Sequence record: NC_031043.1 | Strand: one strand, 5' to 3' | Length of the DNA: 64,000 nt | Shown: piece by piece, positions 25,541-35,213 of the stretch | How the letters are laid out: the number at the start of each line of letters is the position of its first letter | How positions within the stretch are numbered: position 1 is the first letter of the stretch | Notes under the pieces: model-generated | Database searches by the model: none | Told to the model about the DNA's origin: nothing | The model's input: the letters and a program-made list of their open reading frames with translations, nothing else | Translations under genes and position numbers: made by a program

Positions 25541-27733
25541 TTACAGTCGGCTTGGGCCGCCCATGAAGGCTGCCACCACACGCGCAGGCGGTGTATCCAT
25601 TACCGCATTCACGATGTTACTGACCGACGCTGCAGACTTCCAGCTCATTGTCCATTTGTTCCAGTTCAACATCATCATCTCCACGCCCTTGACGCGCTGA
25701 TGCAAAGAGGCTGCACCTAACGTTGCCATGAAGTCAGAGAATTTGTTGTCATCATCGAACACACCTGGGTCAGTAACAATCGGCATGTGCATCACACGGG
25801 ACATGTCTTTAATGGTAATGTTAATATCTACCCCTAACGGCACACCATCGCGACGCCAACCTAAGTTACCCACACCAAATGTCATGCTGACGTTGGTCAC
25901 CATGGCGTTACGCATCGAGAAACGTCCCCGCGAGTAACACTCCAGATAGAACGGATGGATGTACGTCTGTTTACCGGTTGATAGCGGAGCGACCGCTGCA
26001 ATCCAGAACGCTACCGGGATAATGATTTCCTGCATCACATCCAAATCGTTACCCGACCAGCAACGTAGAGGGATGTTCAGGGAAATGTCATCGCCTGAGG
26101 TATCAGAGGAATCCCACACTTCAGGGAAGTCCACCACAGACTGGCTGTACAATGCCGCTAAGCCCGTTAAGTGTAACGCATCGAGTGCACCACCCATTGC
26201 CGACTTAACGCCTTCCATCGCGGAGTCAACAAAATCAGCACCGGTTTTCCCGCCTGAGGTGTTGACATCCAAACTACGTGCCGCCGAGGTCAGGCTGTTC
26301 ACCTTGCCCGAGATTTCCGGTTCTTTGGTGGTATTTGACCAACTGCGGGAAGTAGTATCACGTCCATCTATACGCCATGTAACCCACTGTGCGCCGTCCT
26401 GCAATTCAGACATAGCTTGAGTCGTTACACGGTTCGCTAATGACTTCACGGCCTTCTCAGCGCCATCTACGAAGTCACCCATGACATCACCGAACGATTT
26501 GCCCCCGGTTTCGTCATTATACTTCTGAATTTCTTCATCAGACAGACCACCGGTCGCCAGTTTCTCCACACCGGAACTGGTCATGGTAGGGGTTGGGTCA
26601 GCCTGCGCACCATCTTCACCGGTTGAGGCGGGCTGGTTGTAGTTTGACCGTAACTGATTTAACGTTGCTTCGGCTTCAGATTCCTTCGCATCGTCAATCC
26701 CCAAATAACCGGCGTTCTCTTTGTGGTACATCTCCATATCAGCCAGTGAGATTTCATACTGCTGAGCGGACTGACGAACCTGGTCAGTGAAACGGGCATT
26801 GCGGTAGAACCGTTCTAACTTCGCTTCCATGTCGGAGTTGTCGGAGGCATCGTTGTAAATCTGCTCCAGCATCTTCGCCTGATAGTTAGCCAACGTCTGG
26901 TAACGGTTAATCATGCGGTAGATGTCAAACTCACCGTTGGACTTCCAAATCCCCGGCAGGAGTTTGTACAGCTCTTCACGGTCGTTGAAATACTTATTAC
27001 CCGGGTCATCAATCCCTTTCATTTTTGCCTGTTCACGTTTGTCATCATAAACGTTCCACTGGCCTAAGGACTGAATCGGGACAAGTTTGCGGTACAGCAG
27101 CTGGGTATTGACAATGTTCTGCACAGCACGCAGGTAAAGGTGCATGGTAGGCTTCACGTAGTAATACTTCGAGGACTGCTTGTTCAGTACCGCTTTAATA
27201 ATGCGAGGGATAACCAGTATCGCGCCAAACGCTACCGTCCCGACCGCGGCCCAGATAGCGGCAGCAGCAACGTACGAGGACAGCGTACGAATGATACGGG
27301 TGTAATCCCCGGTACGTGCTAAGTACGCAAGGTTCGAGTCATACATGTTCGCAAAGAACGCGACGACCCCAAGGTACTTGGGTTTACCGTAACGACAATG
27401 GATATAAAAGGCATTGTCCTCGATAGACTCTTGATAATAGGTGCCAAGGCAATATGACCCCGCCTCAGTTTGCGCCTGGAGCTTTTCTTGTTGGTCACCC
27501 CGATTGTAGTTCAAAGGGTTAGCAAAAAGACCACCGGAAGATGGGTCGGCAAACCGGGTAAACTGGGGAGGTGCGTTCAGTGCTTGGTTACCACCCATCG
27601 TCGTGTCAGAGAACGATAAGGACGCTTCACTGTACATTCGCAGATTGCGCAAACGCGCATCAGCCATCTGCGGGGCCAATCCAAATACTGAACGTACCCA
27701 CGATTGGTCGGAAGTTCTTTCTGAAATAGCCAT
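25541..27733 (-). CDS. Tail/baseplate structural protein (phiKZ gp182-like)
   Basis: Directly downstream of the tape-measure gene. GGAG RBS before ATG 27733. Beta-rich C-terminal region. Confidence 0.65.
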   Translation of the reverse strand: MAISERTSDQSWVRSVFGLAPQMADARLRNLRMYSEASLSFSDTTMGGNQALNAPPQFTRFADPSSGGLFANPLNYNRGDQQEKLQAQTEAGSYCLGTYYQESIEDNAFYIHCRYGKPKYLGVVAFFANMYDSNLAYLARTGDYTRIIRTLSSYVAAAAIWAAVGTVAFGAILVIPRIIKAVLNKQSSKYYYVKPTMHLYLRAVQNIVNTQLLYRKLVPIQSLGQWNVYDDKREQAKMKGIDDPGNKYFNDREELYKLLPGIWKSNGEFDIYRMINRYQTLANYQAKMLEQIYNDASDNSDMEAKLERFYRNARFTDQVRQSAQQYEISLADMEMYHKENAGYLGIDDAKESEAEATLNQLRSNYNQPASTGEDGAQADPTPTMTSSGVEKLATGGLSDEEIQKYNDETGGKSFGDVMGDFVDGAEKAVKSLANRVTTQAMSELQDGAQWVTWRIDGRDTTSRSWSNTTKEPEISGKVNSLTSAARSLDVNTSGGKTGADFVDSAMEGVKSAMGGALDALHLTGLAALYSQSVVDFPEVWDSSDTSGDDISLNIPLRCWSGNDLDVMQEIIIPVAFWIAAVAPLSTGKQTYIHPFYLECYSRGRFSMRNAMVTNVSMTFGVGNLGWRRDGVPLGVDINITIKDMSRVMHMPIVTDPGVFDDDNKFSDFMATLGAASLHQRVKGVEMMMLNWNKWTMSWKSAASVSNIVNAVMDTPPARVVAAFMGGPSRL

Positions 27734-27749
27734 GATAAGCTCCAATGAA

Positions 27750-27769
27750 GGGGGTGGTTGCCCACCCCC
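27750..27769 (-). other. GCAA-capped hairpin without U-tract
   Basis: GGGGGTGG-ttgc-CCACCCCC; the loop reads GCAA on the coding strand. Confidence 0.55.
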
Positions 27770-27775
27770 GTGTTA

Positions 27776-30700
27776 CTACTGGGTTACTATACGTGCGGTG
27801 TTAATGGTTGGTGCGCCATGCGTCACAGTGGCTGCCGGTGCACTGGCAGTTGTGCTCGCGGCACTACGGTCGCCCACGAGTGAGCTACCACCTTTCATCA
27901 TTTCCACAATACTCATCAGCTGGTTCAACATCTTACGCTGAACATCCAACGAAGCTTTCGCCAGTGACAGGGTATTGTTCGGTGTATCAGCCGGGGCATC
28001 CGAACTGGTGGCGACTGGAGCGTCTGCTGCAACGGCAACTTGACTTGCGGCATTAGCATACTTCTCTTTCTGCTCAGGAGAGACGGTCGGATACGACTGT
28101 TCTACTCCATCCGCAGCCGTGGACATTGGACTGCTCATATCCGGTGGGGCAGAGGTGTCCTTCACCCCAGCAGGGTTAGGGAGTGCACTCGTACCTGCAC
28201 CTTCTTGAATGGCTGTACCGTCACGGGCACCTTTCTGTTCGATGACCTCATCCCGACGGGCTTCGTTATCGCCCGGGAGGTTAGTCAGGTCTGTTCCGGA
28301 AATAGAACCGGCCGGGGCAAACTGTTTCACGTTCGACTCAGCAGCCGAGACTTTCTGACGCATCAGATTGTACACTTGGCCGAGGCTACGTTCTTGCCCT
28401 GATTTGGTGTAGAAGATGTTGTTGTTGGCTTTTGCTGCTTCAGGCATCATTCGAGCGGCAGAGGCGTTCGGGTCACGACGCATCGCGTTGATGAACTTCG
28501 ATACGCCACCGGCACCTAAGAAGTGGTGCATGTAGATTGCCGTAGCAGACGGGTCTGTTCCGGTTTTCTTCTTGACCACCTCGTACCCTTCTTTCAGGTA
28601 CAGCGCACCCAATATAGAGTTCGCGACTGGGTCGGTTGGCGACGTCCCAGCTGGAATCCCGTACTGGTTAGCGTAACGCTTCATCATGTCATTCCACGTT
28701 CCCTTAGTAAACTGGAACAAGCCCGTTGCACTGGAGCCTTTCGCCTTGATACTCGGGTTCATACCAGACTCAATCATCGAAATGGTCAAGCCCAGCATTG
28801 GCGGAACACCGATAAGACGGCAAGCTGCAGTAATGATATCCTGAACGGATTTGGCGGTACCACGGATGGAGGCATAATCGCCATCCCCGCCTTTGCCCAT
28901 AGACAGCCCTGCATCGCGCATGAACGCTCCGCTAGCCACCGATAGGTTATCCCCACCCTTCACACCACCGTCGCCGCTAATACCGGTTCCAGAGGCTGAG
29001 AGGGTGACATTGTTGCGCAACACATCACTAGAGCCACCGGTCATGTCCGAATTGTACAAACTGCTGTCCAATCGGTCTTTATCAGTGCCTCCGTTATCGT
29101 ACACTTTACCGTGCTTCGACCCCATACGTTTCGCAAGCGATTTCGCATCGAGGACATTACGCACGACAGCATCCGATTTCTTCGACAGTTCTTTCAGGGT
29201 TGCCAGTTCGTTATCGATACTGCCCGCATCAGTGTTGGCTTCTCCGCCAAACGGGTTAATCGCAATGGTCCAAACAGACTCTTTGAAGCCATTACGTTCC
29301 GCTTGAGCACGAGAGGTCATTAAGGCCACCTCGTACAGATAGCCGCCACTGAGTACCAGACGGTTCGGGTTAGCCGCAGGCGCATAACGCGCAATGGCCA
29401 ACACGTAGGTCACGTACGCCGGTAAGAAACGGTTAGCAAACCACGTCCGCACCTCATTGGCGCGTGCGGTTTTAGAGACGCCCGGAATCAGGCTGTCGAG
29501 TAACGAGTCGATACCTTGTTTCGCTTCGAATTTCCCGCTACGTTTATCAAGACACGGCAGCACCGCATCTTCAAACAGTTGCAGGGATTTCACTGTCGCC
29601 CCTTCGAGCTTAATTAAGCCGTAGGTTTTCAAGCGGACAGCTTGCAAGGCATCCAAGTCAGTTTTACGTGCTTGGACGGTTTCTACTTGTAACTCGATGA
29701 TGTCAGTGGATTTAGTATCGCCTCCCTTGACTTCATTCTCTTTGCGTTTCGCATCTTCTGCATTAATCACAGCAAACTGTTCTGCCACGGCAGTCGACTC
29801 TTTGACGAACACCTCTTTGTTGTTGAGGGCTTTGATACGGTCAGCACGTCTGACACGCAGACGACGAATGTCATTACCCACCTCTTTCTGCACTCCCATC
29901 ACCTCGTCAGCTGATAGTAGGTCAGGGTCTGTAAAGGTTACCGCGTCCCAAGCTTTCGTCATCCAACCCCGGTCAACATTACGAGGGTCAGTGAGCGTGC
30001 GTAGATACGGTGAATCTTTATCCAGAGTTAATTTCCCGAACAGGGTTTGCATCTCCTCTTTCGGTACTTTCTTCGGGTCACCTAAGTCTTCCAACTTCGG
30101 AGCCGATGGTAATGAACGAATCGCTGTTAACCATTTCAAGTAGATAGGGATAAAGCGTTGCTGAGCAAAGGCGTGGAACGCAATCAATTCACCTTTGTTC
30201 TCTTTATCAATACCGAACCCTACCGCCATCTTCTCGGCTTCCATGGCACTGAGGCCACGCAAGGACGCCTCACCGGTGCCAGCGAACGTAACGAACCCTT
30301 TCAACTGGTCTTCAAGATAGCGGGCTTTTGCACCGTCATCCGATGACCACAAATCGTAGTCACGGAAACCGTACTGAGCCAAACGCATTTTATCGAGGTA
30401 GTTTGCAGTGGTACGGGTCGCCAGTTTGTAAGCACCGTATGCTGTTAGAGCGATAGCCGCCCCAATTGCAATAGCAGGCCAACCTACCGCAGTCACCACA
30501 GCAGAACCGGCTGCAAGCGCAGCACGCCCTAACCAAGCCACTGGGGAGAGTAATGCCCCCGCGGCTTTACCGGCCAGTTTCAACCCACCCATGACACCGA
30601 ACTTACCAATGAACTTGGTTAAGCCCCACACCCCTTTGCCGAGCAGGCTAATCGCGCCCCAGAGTCCGGACAGTACGGTGGTCAGCAGTCCGCCTTTCCC

Positions 30701-33700
30701 GTCCCCGTCTTTCTTCCCGAAGCCAAACCAACCTTTCTTCTTCGGCTCACCTTCCGCATGTTCGTCCGGCTTACGACGGAACCAACGCAGGTAATCGCGT
30801 TTCTCCCCATCCTTATTAAACTGTACACGGCGAGCGAACTTATTGTACATACCTCGCAGCATCCCCTCAGGCATTCCTGCATCCGCTGAGGATTGGCGCA
30901 TGGTGTTAAACCATTGAACCTCAGACAGGTCTACCAGTCGGGACAGTTTATCCATGACGGTTTCTTGGCGCTTCGGTCCCACAAACTCATCTGAGCGTGA
31001 ATGACGGAAAGCATCGAAACGTCCTTTGACATTAGACAACCCATTACCCAAACGGTCACGGAGTGGTTGTCCACGCTGTGCTAACCCACGCAGTATCGAG
31101 TGAGTCTGACGACGCGGCCCCATGAACTCGTCGGAGCCTTCATAGCGCATTGCCCCGAAGCGACCACTGAACCGACGGGCGAGGTCGGACAGGTCTTCAT
31201 CGAGGTCGGCACGAATTAAGCTCGGGTCGATTTTCCCTTTGGCCATTAAGCGTTGACGATAATAGTTGGCGACTTCATCATCACGCCCTTCCAGATGGGC
31301 TAATATCTTCTCTTTCGTGGCGTCATCAAAACGGTCAGGACGATAAGAGTCCACAAGGTCTTTCCCACGTTGTCGCAGGTCGGCACCTTTACCGCTGAGT
31401 TTACCCCACAAAGAAGAACCTTGGACTTTGTTCCGGAATCCCATCCCTGCACGTTGGGCACGACGGCGTGCAATACGAGCCAGTCGAAGTTGGCGCTTCG
31501 CTGTATCCCGCAGAGACTTCGCCCCACCACCGGTGTCACCCATCTCTTTAATCCAGTCCTCGCTTTCCGGGTCACCGGCCATGCGTTTGTTCAGAAGCTG
31601 GTAGATGCGAATCAGGATGTGATTGGTTTTCTTCGATGCCCCACCACCAAACATGGTGTTGTCACGGAACCACCCGTTGTTGTCTCCCGTACCTCCTTCC
31701 TTATTCAACCAGCGAGTAATGAAGTTGTCACCGAGTTTGTTCTTGGCGCCTGTCACCCACTTGGAGTTACGGATGCGGTTGTTCATTCCCCGGAGTGTAG
31801 CTGGAATCTTACTTAACTTGTCCATCCCAAAACGGGCAAGTCCGGTTATCCGTCCAGTCATGCGGCCTAATGGCGTTTTGACAGCACGTCCCCAACGGTC
31901 AACCAGTTTGAAGTTTGGATTCGCAACTTCATCATCACTGATAATCACTTCACCACGACTGTTAACCACAGCCCCGGTAATGTCATCAGGACGGAATATC
32001 GGACGACCCCCTTTCTGTAAGCGGTATTCCCCTTCGCGCATTAAGTTCGCGCGCAGACGAGGATTCTGCTCAGACCCCACGTACATATCCGGGAAGTTCG
32101 TGAACCAGTCTTTGGCACGCTTAGTCATATTCCCCAAGCTGCCTAACCCGTTCGTCACCCCAGTAAAGGCTTTGTTAACCAGTCCTCCGGCTTTCGAACC
32201 TAACACCTCGGTGATTTTCCACCACCGGCCAGATTTGTAATACGTGAGTTCTCCACCCGCGGCTAACGCCTGTTTGGTAACCACGACATTCCCTGCGGCG
32301 TCGTAGATGTTTCCATTCAGGTTAATGTCATCAATGGTGTGGACAGCTTTCGTAACATTATTAATCTTCTGGAAGTATTGGCCATTCTTCAGCTTATTCC
32401 CTTCCAGTACCACATCCCCATTGGAGTTGTAGATGTCCCGTGCACCGATGGCGGATTTGGCGAATGCGCTGATGCCACGGAATCCTGACAGTGCTCCATC
32501 TTTGGCCCAACCTAACCCTTTAGAGAAGATACCCGGGCCGTCACCCCCGAACAACTTGCCCCGGAGTTTCCCAAGGCCTCTGTAAGCGCCTCTAATGCCC
32601 TTCCCTACGCCTTCAATCCCTTTGCCAGCCGTTTCCCCCATTAACCCGAACCATTGGCTGATAAGGCCGCCTGTGCGGTTTAACGTGATACGACGACGGG
32701 CAGCCCGACGACGGGCACGGTTGCGACGTGAGTTACGGTCAGCAGCACCCTCTCCTTCTTCACCCGGTTCTGGCGGACCCATGGTGTCAGGCTCACCGGT
32801 GTTAATCAGAATGCCCTGTTCGTCCATCGCCTTCACGTGTTCGAGAATACGTGCAGCAAGGTCTTTGCAGGAGTTCATTCGGATAGCTTCTACAATCGCA
32901 TCACTGCGAGAAGCCCCGGTACTTGAGTCTTGGCTTAAGGAGTGTTCACGGAACAGGGTTGGGAAGTTGGTACGCTCTTGGCCGTACAACACGCCAGACA
33001 GCTCGCGGATAGACATCCCACGACCACCCTTCCCACCACGACCCCCACCACCTTTCGGTTTTGGCGGTTCACCGGCTCCTGCCCCCGCACCTAAGTCCTC
33101 ACCGGCATCACCGAAACGACGACGCAGTAAATCACCCAGTGCAGAACCATTCCCCATCTTGCGAGCAATTTCCTGCTCGCGGGTCAGAGCACGTCCGGAT
33201 TTCTTCTTGCCTTCTTGCAATGACCCAAAGGTCGTATACAGGTCGGTCAAGTCCCCGTCAGGGATAATCTGGTCGGTCTTCGGGTCATAACGGAATAACC
33301 CAGAGTCCAGCAAGGCACGGTCACCATAAATGGCGCGTGCTTCCTCTACCCGTTTCTGGTAAGAGTTGGCTGACCCACGTAAGCCCCGGAGCTCGGAGTT
33401 AATCTTGTTAGAGAACTCTGCAGCCCCGCCGGTACCTGACGAATGTTTCGTCATCAGGTCTTTGACTTTCATGGTACCGTTAGCACCCATGAATTGGTTC
33501 AACAGGTTATCGTTCTTTAACAGGTGCTCAGCATTGAACTCTTTGGCACCGGAGACACGGTCTTCTAAGAAAGCGCCCAGACGTTGACGTTCTTCATTCG
33601 ACATGGTTTTGTCCGTATCGAACATATCCACGACTTCATTCAGACGACTACGCATCCTTTCACGCTGGCCATCGGCGGCCACATGCTTACGCACACGGTT

Positions 33701-35188
33701 ACCGACCACTTTCTTATCCACGAACCCACGTGTCGCGAGGTCGTAGGTTTGATTGACAGACTCTCCGTAACCCCAACGGATAGAGCGGTTGATTTCGCCT
33801 AACCATGCTGGGATGACTTCGTTCAGCGACAGCCATGACCGTTTATCGAATTTCGCAATCCCTGCCAGCATCTCCCCATCACGAGCCCCAATGTCAATCT
33901 TCTCACGTTTGTACCCCGGGGCAATCCCGAGTTCATTCATGACTTTAAAGACATTGCCTAAACCTGACTCACGCTCACCGGCAATTGCTGAGTTCGCAAT
34001 CATTGGCAGGTTCATGAAGTTGTAGGCTAACCGGTTGGCGCCGGTATTGGCTCTGGTGTTGCCTTCTAAGTGAGTACGGAGCTTGGCGAGCCCTTTATCA
34101 CGAAGTGGGTTAATGTAGCGTTTGGCGAGCATTCCAACGCCGAGTCCGACTCCTTTCTGAGCCAGGTTACCGCGTTGTTTATCCGGTGACAGTTCTGACT
34201 GGTCATCCAAGTCCATGTCATCTTCAATCATCCCACCCATCAACATGTCAGACAGACCACGACCCTCAGTGAGGACGTTGGTAATCTTTTTCTTCATGTT
34301 GTCACGGATTTGCTCAATGAACGATTCTGCGTAACGGGCAGGAGAAATCCATTCTGCCACTTTACGTTTCATCAGAGCGCCGGTGATTTCCCCGAACTCT
34401 TCTTTGGCGTAATCCGGTAAGGCGGTATTCTTGACAATCGCTTCGAGTGCTGGCGTGTTACGGTCAAACTCGGACTGCTTTAATTTCGCGATGTCTTGTA
34501 AGGCAAAGAGCTGACGATACGACAGTTCCAGCTGTTTACGCTGGACGTTAATCATCACCCCTTTTTGGAGGTTGGTTGTCAGGCGAACATCACGAGCCAT
34601 TTGAATGAGGATGCTTTGTGTGGCCTCCCCTTTCAAATCCTGAATCGTGTTACGCAGTTTATCTTCAACTACTCCTTCGACCTGTTCCCGTTGCTCAGCC
34701 TGTGAGGACGGGCCACCGTCACCCCCGAAGACATCTGCCATCCCACGGTCAATCATTGCCTGTTGTGGGTCGTAGTTATCACGCTGACCTAAGTCAACAT
34801 TCTTCGACCATTTATCAACCGGATTGACTAACGCTTTTGGCAGATACTTGCGCAGGGTTGGAACCATCTGACGCGTCTGAATTTTCAGCGCGCGCTCAGT
34901 CTTGACCAGCTCCTCTTTTGTATGAGAGAAGACGTCCGACATAGCGTCCGAGACGTCTTTATAGCCATCATACGCATCCGCAGTAGCCTTCGGCATCCCT
35001 TTCAGAATTATCTGGTCACGTTTGCCACGCGGAAACACCGTATCTAAGGCCGACTTCCTTGCCGTCCGCGCTGTCTCCAGCACAGGGTTACGACTCTTGG
35101 AATTCCCGGGACGGGGCGGCTCGTCGAAATCATCGAAGTCGTCCATGCTGTCCAGGTCAAGGTCATCGATATCATTTTTCTTTGCCAT
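27776..35188 (-). CDS. Tail tape-measure protein with C-terminal lytic transglycosylase domain (phiKZ gp181-like)
   Basis: 2470 aa, helical/basic. SLT motifs MIESGMNP, SSATGLFQF, ANSILGALYL and IYMHHFLGAGG. Confidence 0.9.
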   Translation of the reverse strand: MAKKNDIDDLDLDSMDDFDDFDEPPRPGNSKSRNPVLETARTARKSALDTVFPRGKRDQIILKGMPKATADAYDGYKDVSDAMSDVFSHTKEELVKTERALKIQTRQMVPTLRKYLPKALVNPVDKWSKNVDLGQRDNYDPQQAMIDRGMADVFGGDGGPSSQAEQREQVEGVVEDKLRNTIQDLKGEATQSILIQMARDVRLTTNLQKGVMINVQRKQLELSYRQLFALQDIAKLKQSEFDRNTPALEAIVKNTALPDYAKEEFGEITGALMKRKVAEWISPARYAESFIEQIRDNMKKKITNVLTEGRGLSDMLMGGMIEDDMDLDDQSELSPDKQRGNLAQKGVGLGVGMLAKRYINPLRDKGLAKLRTHLEGNTRANTGANRLAYNFMNLPMIANSAIAGERESGLGNVFKVMNELGIAPGYKREKIDIGARDGEMLAGIAKFDKRSWLSLNEVIPAWLGEINRSIRWGYGESVNQTYDLATRGFVDKKVVGNRVRKHVAADGQRERMRSRLNEVVDMFDTDKTMSNEERQRLGAFLEDRVSGAKEFNAEHLLKNDNLLNQFMGANGTMKVKDLMTKHSSGTGGAAEFSNKINSELRGLRGSANSYQKRVEEARAIYGDRALLDSGLFRYDPKTDQIIPDGDLTDLYTTFGSLQEGKKKSGRALTREQEIARKMGNGSALGDLLRRRFGDAGEDLGAGAGAGEPPKPKGGGGRGGKGGRGMSIRELSGVLYGQERTNFPTLFREHSLSQDSSTGASRSDAIVEAIRMNSCKDLAARILEHVKAMDEQGILINTGEPDTMGPPEPGEEGEGAADRNSRRNRARRRAARRRITLNRTGGLISQWFGLMGETAGKGIEGVGKGIRGAYRGLGKLRGKLFGGDGPGIFSKGLGWAKDGALSGFRGISAFAKSAIGARDIYNSNGDVVLEGNKLKNGQYFQKINNVTKAVHTIDDINLNGNIYDAAGNVVVTKQALAAGGELTYYKSGRWWKITEVLGSKAGGLVNKAFTGVTNGLGSLGNMTKRAKDWFTNFPDMYVGSEQNPRLRANLMREGEYRLQKGGRPIFRPDDITGAVVNSRGEVIISDDEVANPNFKLVDRWGRAVKTPLGRMTGRITGLARFGMDKLSKIPATLRGMNNRIRNSKWVTGAKNKLGDNFITRWLNKEGGTGDNNGWFRDNTMFGGGASKKTNHILIRIYQLLNKRMAGDPESEDWIKEMGDTGGGAKSLRDTAKRQLRLARIARRRAQRAGMGFRNKVQGSSLWGKLSGKGADLRQRGKDLVDSYRPDRFDDATKEKILAHLEGRDDEVANYYRQRLMAKGKIDPSLIRADLDEDLSDLARRFSGRFGAMRYEGSDEFMGPRRQTHSILRGLAQRGQPLRDRLGNGLSNVKGRFDAFRHSRSDEFVGPKRQETVMDKLSRLVDLSEVQWFNTMRQSSADAGMPEGMLRGMYNKFARRVQFNKDGEKRDYLRWFRRKPDEHAEGEPKKKGWFGFGKKDGDGKGGLLTTVLSGLWGAISLLGKGVWGLTKFIGKFGVMGGLKLAGKAAGALLSPVAWLGRAALAAGSAVVTAVGWPAIAIGAAIALTAYGAYKLATRTTANYLDKMRLAQYGFRDYDLWSSDDGAKARYLEDQLKGFVTFAGTGEASLRGLSAMEAEKMAVGFGIDKENKGELIAFHAFAQQRFIPIYLKWLTAIRSLPSAPKLEDLGDPKKVPKEEMQTLFGKLTLDKDSPYLRTLTDPRNVDRGWMTKAWDAVTFTDPDLLSADEVMGVQKEVGNDIRRLRVRRADRIKALNNKEVFVKESTAVAEQFAVINAEDAKRKENEVKGGDTKSTDIIELQVETVQARKTDLDALQAVRLKTYGLIKLEGATVKSLQLFEDAVLPCLDKRSGKFEAKQGIDSLLDSLIPGVSKTARANEVRTWFANRFLPAYVTYVLAIARYAPAANPNRLVLSGGYLYEVALMTSRAQAERNGFKESVWTIAINPFGGEANTDAGSIDNELATLKELSKKSDAVVRNVLDAKSLAKRMGSKHGKVYDNGGTDKDRLDSSLYNSDMTGGSSDVLRNNVTLSASGTGISGDGGVKGGDNLSVASGAFMRDAGLSMGKGGDGDYASIRGTAKSVQDIITAACRLIGVPPMLGLTISMIESGMNPSIKAKGSSATGLFQFTKGTWNDMMKRYANQYGIPAGTSPTDPVANSILGALYLKEGYEVVKKKTGTDPSATAIYMHHFLGAGGVSKFINAMRRDPNASAARMMPEAAKANNNIFYTKSGQERSLGQVYNLMRQKVSAAESNVKQFAPAGSISGTDLTNLPGDNEARRDEVIEQKGARDGTAIQEGAGTSALPNPAGVKDTSAPPDMSSPMSTAADGVEQSYPTVSPEQKEKYANAASQVAVAADAPVATSSDAPADTPNNTLSLAKASLDVQRKMLNQLMSIVEMMKGGSSLVGDRSAASTTASAPAATVTHGAPTINTARIVTQ

Positions 35189-35213
35189 AACGATTTTCCG
35201 TGGAGTAAACAGA

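Noticed and set aside
35022-35213. N-terminal 64-aa extension of the beta' subunit in the ORF track
   Set aside because: It overlaps the tape-measure start antisense. GGAG plus GTG at 35214 is the plausible start.
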